DNA of 43,380 nucleotides from a virus. The notes beneath the pieces are model-generated. The model searched no databases. It was not told where the DNA came from and saw only the letters and a list, made by a program, of their open reading frames with translations. The position numbers and the translations under genes are program-made. Shown here in pieces: positions 8,869 to 15,845 of the stretch; position 1 is the stretch's first letter; every line of letters begins with the position of its first letter. The stretch is from the IMG/VR virus record IMGVR_UViG_3300045988_062151. One strand, 5' to 3'.

Positions 8869-9051
8869 ATGGCAGTAAACATTAGATTGAAACCTTGTTG
8901 TTTTAAGTGTGAGCATTCTCGATTGGTTATTACAGACAAAGGTTGCAGAGACGATTATGGAAGGTTACGCGTTGACAGGCTGATTATATGCGATAACGAA
9001 CCAATATGCGCCGCGGCGGCAAATGATTCATCGGAGTATTTGAATGCTTAG
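8869..9051 (+). CDS. Small Cys-rich hypothetical protein
   Basis: Track ORF 8854..9051. ATG 8869 follows GGAGGA. The protein contains CCFKC and other Cys residues. Confidence 0.45.
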   Translation: MAVNIRLKPCCFKCEHSRLVITDKGCRDDYGRLRVDRLIICDNEPICAAAANDSSEYLNA

Positions 9052-10270
9052 TCCGGAATACCTCCGTGATGTGGCAGCCGGTAGTGAGAAGATAGCTTCC
9101 GACCTGCATGACTACATCATACAACAGATCGTAGAACGCATGATGTTGCGAATCGGGCGAGGAAAAGAATACCTGCTCACATCATCGGACAAGTGGCGTA
9201 TTAAGGTCCTGCAGGATGCTGGTTATCTACTGGAAGACATCACCAAAGAGCTTGCGACGTACACGAAACGGCAGAAATCAGAAATCAAGGCGGCAATGGA
9301 AGAGGCCGGGGTGAAAGCTATCAGCTATGATGATAAGATCTATGAGGCAGCGGGGCTCTCTCCTCTTCCCCTGTGGGAGTCACCGGAGCTTGTCCGGCTG
9401 ATGGAGCGCAATATGCTGGCAACAGGGAACGAGTGGAACAATTACACCCGGACAACAGCGGCGGCGGCTCAAAGTGCATACATCAATGCCTGTGATCTGG
9501 CTTACAATAAGGTCATGAGCGGAGCAACTGCATACTCGCAGGCGGTCAGAGAAGCCATAGACAGTATCGTGAGCGAAGGGGTAACAGTAACTTACCCTTC
9601 CGGTCATAAGGACACCATAGAGACCGCCACAGCGCGTGCGGTGCGCACCGGAATCGGTCAGGCGGCAGGTGATATTGCTCTGAAACGCATGATTGAAATG
9701 GAATGGGACATCATCCTTGTGTCTGCTCATATCGGAGCCAGAACCGGAGACGGTGGAGAGAATCCAGGTAATCATTTTTGGTGGCAAGGAAAGTACTATT
9801 CACGAACCGGAAATGATGATAGATTTCCGGAGTTTTACGGCGCGACCGGATACGGAACCGGCGAGGGTCTTTGCGGGTGGAACTGCCGTCACTCATTCGG
9901 AAGCGGAACTGGCAACGACGAGGATAACCCGTACAAGGAAATCCAGACTGAGGACAACGAACGGGTTGAAAAGGCAGAGAAGAAACAGCGGGAACTTGAA
10001 AGACGCATCAGAAAGACCAAGCGTGCGGTTATGGGATGGCAGACGGCGGTTGAAAACTGCACGGACGAAGAGACGCGATTCAGCCTGCAGCAGGAGCTTG
10101 ACCGGAAATCCTATCTCCTGCAGAAGCAGAACGCCGCATACAAGGAATTCTGCAGAGAAAATGACCTGCGTCCATTGAATGAACGCCTGCGGATTGCGAA
10201 GTGGAGTCGTGAACAGGCGGCAAAGGCTACGGCAGCAGCTAGACGATACAAAGAAGCGAAAGGAATATGA
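9044..10270 (+). CDS. Minor capsid / head morphogenesis protein (MuF / Phage_min_cap2-like)
   Basis: Position directly after the portal gene. The GWNCRHSF motif is typical of the minor-capsid-2/MuF group as I recall it. It has a charged coiled-coil C-terminus. Confidence 0.65.
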   Translation: MLSPEYLRDVAAGSEKIASDLHDYIIQQIVERMMLRIGRGKEYLLTSSDKWRIKVLQDAGYLLEDITKELATYTKRQKSEIKAAMEEAGVKAISYDDKIYEAAGLSPLPLWESPELVRLMERNMLATGNEWNNYTRTTAAAAQSAYINACDLAYNKVMSGATAYSQAVREAIDSIVSEGVTVTYPSGHKDTIETATARAVRTGIGQAAGDIALKRMIEMEWDIILVSAHIGARTGDGGENPGNHFWWQGKYYSRTGNDDRFPEFYGATGYGTGEGLCGWNCRHSFGSGTGNDEDNPYKEIQTEDNERVEKAEKKQRELERRIRKTKRAVMGWQTAVENCTDEETRFSLQQELDRKSYLLQKQNAAYKEFCRENDLRPLNERLRIAKWSREQAAKATAAARRYKEAKGI

Positions 10271-10271
10271 T

Positions 10272-10604
10272 ATGAGTTTTTCTGAATTTTGCACGGGGTT
10301 TCTCCAGATTTGCGCTGGTATAACTGCCGTCGGGGCGGCGTGTGGAGTGCTGCATAAACTGTACGCCGGAGCAAAGAAGCCGATGGAAGATATAGACAAA
10401 CGTCTTGACTCTATCGAGTCTGATATCAAGGATATAAAGGGAAAACTGAACCGGGATTACAATGAGATCAACCAGAACAGGGATGATATGAATCTGCTTA
10501 TGCGTAGTATGTTTGACCTGATCGAAAACAGGATCACCGGGAACAACGTCGAGGGTCTAAAAAAAACGAGGGACGACCTTGTAAAGGCATTAACCGACAA
10601 ATAA
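10272..10604 (+). CDS. Membrane-anchored coiled-coil protein, unknown function
   Basis: Track ORF 10179..10604. I moved the start to ATG 10272, just past the MuF stop. One N-terminal hydrophobic helix (FLQICAGITAVGAACGVL) is followed by a heptad-like charged region. Confidence 0.5.
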   Translation: MSFSEFCTGFLQICAGITAVGAACGVLHKLYAGAKKPMEDIDKRLDSIESDIKDIKGKLNRDYNEINQNRDDMNLLMRSMFDLIENRITGNNVEGLKKTRDDLVKALTDK

Positions 10605-10615
10605 GAGGGATCATA

Positions 10616-10816
10616 GTGAAAATATATGAGTTTACTGCACCGGAGCTGGAGAAGATACGACAGCTCGCGAATTTCACGCCAGAAGAAAGAGATCTGTTTG
10701 AACGGCGGGCACAAGGCGCGCCTCTGATACAGTGTGCAGAAAACATGAACATGAGCATAGGGTCCATTAAGAGACTTAGCGTTCGGGTGAACCGAAAGAT
10801 TATAAGGATCTGTTAA
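10616..10816 (+). CDS. Small sigma-70 region-4-like HTH protein (possible late regulator)
   Basis: GTG start. FTPEERDLFERRAQGAPLIQCAENMNMSIGSIKRLSVRVNRKI matches the region-4/ArpU-RinA-like HTH pattern. Confidence 0.5.
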   Translation: MKIYEFTAPELEKIRQLANFTPEERDLFERRAQGAPLIQCAENMNMSIGSIKRLSVRVNRKIIRIC

Positions 10817-10826
10817 GGAGGTAGTT

Positions 10827-11181
10827 ATGGGCGGACGTGGCGGAAAAAGCGGATTTTCCTCGAGGGGGGGGCGGAAGGACACCATTTGAAAGATCGGCTA
10901 CTGTAGCAATTATTGAGAATGGGAAACCTAGTCCATATGCAGGAACAGAATACGACAGTGAGTCAAATTATTATAAATTTCAGCTGTGGCAAAAAGACGG
11001 CATGAACAGAATCTATGTAAAAGATTATAAAAATAGAACTGTTGCATACATAGATGCGAACAAAGGAAATGAAGTTGTCACAGATTATGCAAAAGGACCT
11101 GTTGTTGAAACTACAAATTGGTTTTTGAAAAACTATAAAATACCTGATTATCAAAAAGAAAAAAAGAAGAAAAAGAAGTAA
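10827..11181 (+). CDS. MGGRG-N-terminus protein, frameshifted at a G8 tract as assembled
   Basis: ATG 10827 has a perfect AAGGAGG 6 nt upstream but stops at 10887-10889. The long ORF (track 10837..11181) is in the next frame. Removing one G from the G8 run (10864-10871) joins the two. Confidence 0.55.
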
Positions 11182-11188
11182 ACTTTTT

Positions 11189-11223
11189 AGAGACTTAGTT
11201 GATACCACTAAGCCTCTTTTTTT
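11189..11223 (+). terminator. Rho-independent terminator
   Basis: Stem agagacttagt / actaagcctct (10 of 11 bp), 7-nt loop, followed by a T7 run. Confidence 0.75.
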
Positions 11224-11275
11224 GTGCCATAATCAAGGTACAGAAGCAAAACAGCCTTGAAACGGAGGTATCAAT

Positions 11276-11713
11276 ATGAATATGTACCAACCTATGTATG
11301 GCATGGATGCAATGGCCGCAGAGCAGATGGCGTTGCAACAGCGCATCCAGCAGATGGAACAGCAGAGACAGCAATTCCAGTATCCGACACAGCAGATGCA
11401 GGCACCACCGGCACAAAATGTGAACTGGATCCATGTTGCAGGCATTGACGGCGCAAAAAATCAGATTGTGCAGCCAGGGCAAACAACATGGATGATGGAC
11501 AATAACAGTCCGTTTTTCTATGTCAAGTCCGTTGACAACATGGGAAGCGCAACATTAAGGGTATTTCAGTTTCAGGAGATACCGCCAGACGCGCTTACCG
11601 CTCCACAGACGCAGCAGAAAGACTACAGTGATAAGTACGTTACCCGTGAGGAATACAATGAGCTTTTGAAGCGTCTGGGAGAGAACACACAGGAGAAGGA
11701 GGGCAAGGCATGA
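11276..11713 (+). CDS. Q/M-rich N-terminus protein, unknown function
   Basis: RBS ACGGAGG is upstream. Residues 1-45 are low complexity (QQRIQQMEQQRQQFQYPTQQMQ). A globular segment follows (NWIHVAGIDGAKNQIVQPGQTTWMMDNNSPFFYVKSVDNMG). Confidence 0.6.
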   Translation: MNMYQPMYGMDAMAAEQMALQQRIQQMEQQRQQFQYPTQQMQAPPAQNVNWIHVAGIDGAKNQIVQPGQTTWMMDNNSPFFYVKSVDNMGSATLRVFQFQEIPPDALTAPQTQQKDYSDKYVTREEYNELLKRLGENTQEKEGKA

Positions 11714-11967
11714 ATCCATTAATGGGACTAATCGGCGGTATGGGTGGGAACAACCCTATGGCAGCTATGGCGCAGGCTATGAATATAATCAATCAGATTA
11801 AGCGAAACGGGAATCCGCAGGCGGCCATAAATGCAATGGCGCAGCAGAACCCGAACGTAAAAAAAGCAATGGAAATGTGCCAGGGTAAGAACCCACAGCA
11901 GGTATTTGAACAGATGTGCCGGCAAAACGGCATTGATCCGGCGCAGTTCACCGGGATGATAAAATAA
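11710..11967 (+). CDS. Small N/Q/M-rich helical protein, unknown function
   Basis: ATGA overlap with the upstream gene; 85 aa. Confidence 0.55.
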   Translation: MNPLMGLIGGMGGNNPMAAMAQAMNIINQIKRNGNPQAAINAMAQQNPNVKKAMEMCQGKNPQQVFEQMCRQNGIDPAQFTGMIK

Positions 11968-12024
11968 CGCTATCTCGCCGGAGTGCACACGGCTTGATAA
12001 ATATATGATAAGGAGATTACCAAC

Positions 12025-12714
12025 ATGACAGAAGGTATGTTATCTGCGGCTGATGTAGCAGCAGTGACCCGCAACAATGACAATAGTAATGACATGTGGG
12101 GTGGAAATTGCTGGATCTGGATTATTCTGATCGCATTCATGTTTCTTCCGATGATGATGGGCGGATGGAACCGTGGCGGCGTTGAGACTGGTGTTCAGGA
12201 CAATTTCATTTCTGATGAGTTCGTGAAACGTGACATCTTCAACACCAACCAGAATGTATCCAATACGGCATGCCAGACCCAGAGAGATGTACTGGAGAAC
12301 CGGTACGCAAACCAGCTTGGATTGCAGCAGGTACAGGCAGCACAGCAGAATTGCTGCTGCGAGACCCAGAAAGAAATCCTGCAGAGCCGGTATGATTCTG
12401 CGTTGATGGCGCAGACCATGCAGGCACAGATGGCGCAGTGCTGCTGTGACATCAAGGAGAGCATCCTTGCCGACGGTCAGGCTACCAGACAGCTGATTCA
12501 GGATAATACTATTCAGAATCTGCGCGACAAGCTGGCAGACCGTGACAGAGACCTGCAGACTGCTTACTGGCAGATTTCCCAGGTCAACCAGACGAAGAAT
12601 ATCGTGGATGCAGTGAGACCTACACCGATTCCGGCATATCTCACTTGTTCCCCGTACTTCGCATACAATAGCGCAGCCTACGGGAGCGGATGCTGCGGAG
12701 GCAACGTGCTGTGA
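12025..12714 (+). CDS. Single-pass membrane protein with a duplicated CCC-containing Q-rich repeat
   Basis: RBS AAGGAG is upstream. The TM helix is CWIWIILIAFMFLPMMMGGW. Two ~29-aa repeats are present (...RY...L..Q..QAQ..CCC.....IL). The C-terminus is GSGCCGGNVL. Confidence 0.65.
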   Translation: MTEGMLSAADVAAVTRNNDNSNDMWGGNCWIWIILIAFMFLPMMMGGWNRGGVETGVQDNFISDEFVKRDIFNTNQNVSNTACQTQRDVLENRYANQLGLQQVQAAQQNCCCETQKEILQSRYDSALMAQTMQAQMAQCCCDIKESILADGQATRQLIQDNTIQNLRDKLADRDRDLQTAYWQISQVNQTKNIVDAVRPTPIPAYLTCSPYFAYNSAAYGSGCCGGNVL

Positions 12715-12926
12715 GATATCAGGATCTAACGGCTATCGATCTGCTGAATCTGTTCGGAGTTCTTCTGCAGGTAATGAATTACCAAAGCGACCTATCGCAA
12801 GAAAGCAACGCAGATCTCGCAAAGCATCTGCAGGAGCAGGACAGCAAGTATCTGAGCCGGATTCTGGAAAATCAGGAAAAGATAATGAGCATGTTGGATG
12901 AATTGTCCATATCTACCAAAAGGTAG
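12690..12926 (+). CDS. Small helical hypothetical protein (start uncertain; GTG 12711 possible)
   Basis: The ORF overlaps the end of the upstream gene and is followed by a strong terminator. Confidence 0.45.
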   Translation: MLRRQRAVRYQDLTAIDLLNLFGVLLQVMNYQSDLSQESNADLAKHLQEQDSKYLSRILENQEKIMSMLDELSISTKR

Positions 12927-12934
12927 TCTTGCAA

Positions 12935-12969
12935 AAGAGGGTAGGCATGGCTTGCCCTCTTATTTTTTT
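12935..12969 (+). terminator. Rho-independent terminator
   Basis: Stem aagagggtaggc / gcttgccctctt (12 bp including G-U pairs), followed by ta-T7. Confidence 0.7.
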
Positions 12970-12986
12970 GAAGAGGAGAAAGAGAT

Positions 12987-13415
12987 ATGTTGAATGCTAT
13001 TGCAAGAGAGGCACAGCAGATCAGCGCTGGCCAGAATGTTATTTTTTCGTCTACCCGTGTGCGTTCCCGCCGGTGTACGTGTTCCAGCGGGTGGCTGAAT
13101 CATGTTGAAGGAAGTGGACTGTTCACAATTACGAACCGTAGCAATCAGCCTATGGCGGTAGAACTGCAGTATAACTGTAATGTTACTGCGTCAGCAGCAG
13201 GAGAGACGGCTCTGGTCATGGAACTCAATGGAGAATCCATCGGAGGAACCGAGATGGATTATACCGTAGCTACTGCAGGTGTGTTCCAGAATGTTGGTGC
13301 ATCCACATTGATTCCGATTCCTGCAGGTTCCGACCGGACTGTATCAGTCGGCAATATCTCTGCAGGAACAGTCCTTGTGAAAGACGCTAATCTCATCATC
13401 AAGAAGCTGTCATGA
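12987..13415 (+). CDS. C1q/TNF-like (BclA C-terminal-domain-like) jelly-roll protein
   Basis: The pattern QQISAGQNVIFSS...GSGLFTI...ALVMELNGESIGGTEM...TVLVKDANLIIKKL resembles BclA-CTD/C1q-type domains. This is by-eye recognition only. Confidence 0.4.
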   Translation: MLNAIAREAQQISAGQNVIFSSTRVRSRRCTCSSGWLNHVEGSGLFTITNRSNQPMAVELQYNCNVTASAAGETALVMELNGESIGGTEMDYTVATAGVFQNVGASTLIPIPAGSDRTVSVGNISAGTVLVKDANLIIKKLS

Positions 13416-13428
13416 TGGAGGTGATCTT

Positions 13429-14022
13429 ATGATTACCTTTAAGAGCAAAGAAGATGTGCAGACCATAGATGAAATCTATGCAGAGATCAATGCCCGGATG
13501 ATTGCGGCGCTTATGTTTCACAGCCAGATGGCGGATTACTTCGACTTCCTGGGCCTGCGCGGATATAAGCGCCTCCATGAATACCAGTATGTGTCGGAAG
13601 GAAAAGAGCGGCGTGAATTGAACCGGTATTACATCAACCACCATAACCGGATGATCCCAGATCGGTACGAAGGGTCTGTGCAGATGATTCCGGAAGGGTG
13701 GAAGAATGCAAACCGGATCAGTGTAGGTAAGTCCACAAAGCAAAAAGCCGTCGAGGATGGATTCAACGAATACCGCCAGTGGGAGTCTGACACGAAAGCA
13801 CTGTACGAAAAATATGCCGTTACTCTTCGGGATGGCGGTCATATTGCGGATGCTCTGCGCGTGGAAATGTTGGTTGATGATGTGGACGGAGAACTGAAAC
13901 ATCTGGAACGCATGTTGGTAGATCTCATTTCTGCCGGATATGACATGGTATACATCGTGGAGAGTCAGGACGCGATCCACGACCGCTACGAAAGAAAAAC
14001 GGCAAAAGTATGGGAGGTATAA
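13429..14022 (+). CDS. Ferritin-like four-helix-bundle protein (divergent)
   Basis: Helix-B-like GYKRLHEYQ...ERRELNRYYI, helix-C-like NEYRQWESDTKALYEKY and the C-terminal LVDLISAGYDMVYIVESQD align by eye with FtnA-type ferritin. The canonical ExxH motif is not evident. Confidence 0.4.
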   Translation: MITFKSKEDVQTIDEIYAEINARMIAALMFHSQMADYFDFLGLRGYKRLHEYQYVSEGKERRELNRYYINHHNRMIPDRYEGSVQMIPEGWKNANRISVGKSTKQKAVEDGFNEYRQWESDTKALYEKYAVTLRDGGHIADALRVEMLVDDVDGELKHLERMLVDLISAGYDMVYIVESQDAIHDRYERKTAKVWEV

Positions 14023-14024
14023 AT

Positions 14025-14456
14025 ATGCATGAATTACAAAAAGTGCTGGAAAAACAGCTTGAAACAGAAAGAAAAGAAGCCATAAACAAATTGACGTCGA
14101 ATAATCTGGATACGATTTTCAAGCTCACGACCGCAATCTGCAATATTAAGAAGCTGGAAGGTACGGAGCGCGAGCATTCGGCAGCACCTACGGCGGAGAT
14201 CGCGGAGGAAATCATCAGAAAATATTCCAATGGCCGGTATGACCACAACGTGGATGCACTCTACGATGCTTACATTGCCGCGAAACAGGCGTATAAGCAG
14301 ACCGGAGATCAGGGACACCGTGACAAACTCATGGAATCGGTTGGAAGACTGATGGTGGAAATCTATGATCTGTTATCTTCCATGATTGTAGACTCTGATT
14401 TTCAGGAAGAAAAAAAAGAGATCATGCACCGGATAAGGATGCTGTCTGAACAGTAA
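14025..14456 (+). CDS. Helical hypothetical protein
   Basis: Track ORF 14010..14456. ATG 14025 is preceded by GGGAGG at 14012-14017. Confidence 0.55.
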   Translation: MHELQKVLEKQLETERKEAINKLTSNNLDTIFKLTTAICNIKKLEGTEREHSAAPTAEIAEEIIRKYSNGRYDHNVDALYDAYIAAKQAYKQTGDQGHRDKLMESVGRLMVEIYDLLSSMIVDSDFQEEKKEIMHRIRMLSEQ

Positions 14457-14499
14457 TATATTATTGTAACGTGGGTACAGATACAATCTATCACCACAT

Positions 14500-14837
14500 T
14501 ATAATTATGTTGTAACGAAAGTTACACACAGGTGCTTTGTTCTATTCATTTGTTCCTCCTTTCTTAGGTAGCACGCGTCCTTAAAAGAAACCGGTGTACA
14601 TCCTCCAAAAGGTGCACCGGGAGGTTGAAAAGCGGATGCAATTTCCGGCTGTGCATTATCCGGTCGAAGCCCGAACCGGAGCGCTTGGCAAGCGTTATAA
14701 CCCACGGCCTGCATGCGCCGTTAGTCCTCCGGGATAGCATGCATAGCGAATGCCTTGCGCCAAGGCTGGCAGCTGGAAAGACAGCATCCCCCCACGCAAT
14801 CCGGCATAGACGACGAAACCTGCCGGATTGCAAACAT
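14500..14837 (+). ncRNA. Candidate structured non-coding RNA / long tRNA leader
   Basis: No ORF here has a credible RBS. A perfect TATAAT lies at 14500-14505. A chain of hairpins follows: 14511-14526 (GAAA loop), 14591-14620, 14659-14680, 14681-14696, 14710-14743, 14752-14766 and 14796-14831 (11 perfect bp). Confidence 0.45.
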
Positions 14838-14921
14838 GGGAAGATATACCGTAAGTGGAAGCGGGGCAGACTGTAAATCTGTTGTCTTCGGACTCGGGTG
14901 GTTCAACTCCATCTCTTCCCA
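14838..14921 (+). tRNA. tRNA-Tyr: tRNA-Tyr (anticodon GTA), type II with a long variable arm
   Basis: Acceptor GGGAAGA/TCTTCCC is a perfect 7 bp. Anticodon arm is GCAGA-CTGTAAA-TCTGT. The variable arm is GTC-UUCG-GAC. T arm is GGTGG-TTCAACT-CCATC. Discriminator is A, and no CCA is encoded. The D stem is CCG/CGG with an unusual 4-nt connector. Confidence 0.75.
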
Positions 14922-15013
14922 TTGCATTACATTGGTGACAATTCCGGAAAACGTTGTCAATATGCTATTGAGAACAAACTGGTGGTATTCATGATGCTGT
15001 CAGACGTTCGATA

Positions 15014-15088
15014 AGGTGCGTAGCTCAGTAGGCAAGAGCAACCTGACCATACGGAGGTGTGTCGATGGTTCGAGTCCATCCGTACCGA
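15014..15088 (+). ncRNA. tRNA-like element (degenerate or non-canonical tRNA; CAT at the anticodon position)
   Basis: The D arm is good (GCTC-AGTAGGCAA-GAGC) and so is the T arm (GATGG-TTCGAGT-CCATC). The acceptor stem pairs at 6 of 7 positions (A1-G72 mismatch). The anticodon stem does not pair canonically. Confidence 0.4.
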
Positions 15089-15166
15089 TTACCCCGCCAG
15101 TGGTTTATCTGGCTGAATCCATTACCGCCGACGGGCGGTTAATAATCACGTTTAGGAGGATTATGT

Positions 15167-15814
15167 ATGCAGAATTATGAACAGATCTTACAGGAGATCG
15201 GAATTGAGATCCCGGAGGACAAAAAGACTGATCTGAAACAGAAGATGGACGAAAATTATCGTACCAAATCAGATTACGACAAAGTAGTTCAGAAACGGGA
15301 CGAGTACAAAGCATCTCTTGATGGCGTGCAGACCAAGTTGGACGGGTTCAAAGACATTAATGTGGATGATCTGAAAGGCCAGATTACTACTCTGACTACA
15401 GAACTTGCCAATGAAAAAGCAGCAAGAGCGGCAGATGCCAGAAAAGTCGAGGTAGAAAAAACCGTCAATGAATTTCTCTCTTCTACAGACGAGAATGGCG
15501 AAAAGAGGTACGAATTTCTGAATGATATCACAGAGAACCACTACCGGGATGCACTCACAGCAGAACTGGACAAAGATTCTGCAAAAGGAAAGTCCATTGG
15601 TGACATTTTCAAGGGAATGATTACCGATAAGGACGGAAACCAGAAAACCGGAATCTTCATTGACAAGGAACAGGCGGCAGCTACGAAGAAAGCGGCAAAG
15701 TTTACAACTTCGCCGACGAATAAGCCGAAGCCTGACGGACAGAAATATACCATGTCTGAGATTATGAAGATGAAGAACGAGAACCCGGATCTGGATATCA
15801 AAGCGTATATGTAA
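15167..15814 (+). CDS. Scaffolding protein
   Basis: Strong RBS AGGAGG is upstream. The 215-aa protein is acidic, K/E-rich and coiled-coil, and lies immediately upstream of the major capsid gene. Confidence 0.7.
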   Translation: MQNYEQILQEIGIEIPEDKKTDLKQKMDENYRTKSDYDKVVQKRDEYKASLDGVQTKLDGFKDINVDDLKGQITTLTTELANEKAARAADARKVEVEKTVNEFLSSTDENGEKRYEFLNDITENHYRDALTAELDKDSAKGKSIGDIFKGMITDKDGNQKTGIFIDKEQAAATKKAAKFTTSPTNKPKPDGQKYTMSEIMKMKNENPDLDIKAYM

Positions 15815-15845
15815 CATGAAATAACCGGCAAGACATTTGGAGTTT

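Noticed and set aside
13399-13980. 193-aa minus-strand ORF
   Set aside because: It is antisense to the ferritin-like ORF, which has a good RBS and translational coupling with its neighbours. It has no RBS of its own.
14505-14994. Several 69-89-aa ORFs on both strands, and a 33-aa ORF at 14636 preceded by GGGAGG
   Set aside because: They overlap each other, the hairpin-rich region and tRNA-Tyr, and their Arg/Pro/Cys-rich translations are typical of non-coding GC-rich structure. The GGGAGG at 14619-14624 abuts the 3' arm of a 9-bp stem, overlapping it by 2 nt.
15014-15088. tmRNA or an attachment-site tRNA fragment as the explanation for the tRNA-like element
   Set aside because: The D arm, T arm and both acceptor strands are contiguous within 75 nt, unlike the split tRNA-like domain of tmRNA. 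No tag ORF is evident. The real attP tRNA fragment and integrase lie 18 kb away.
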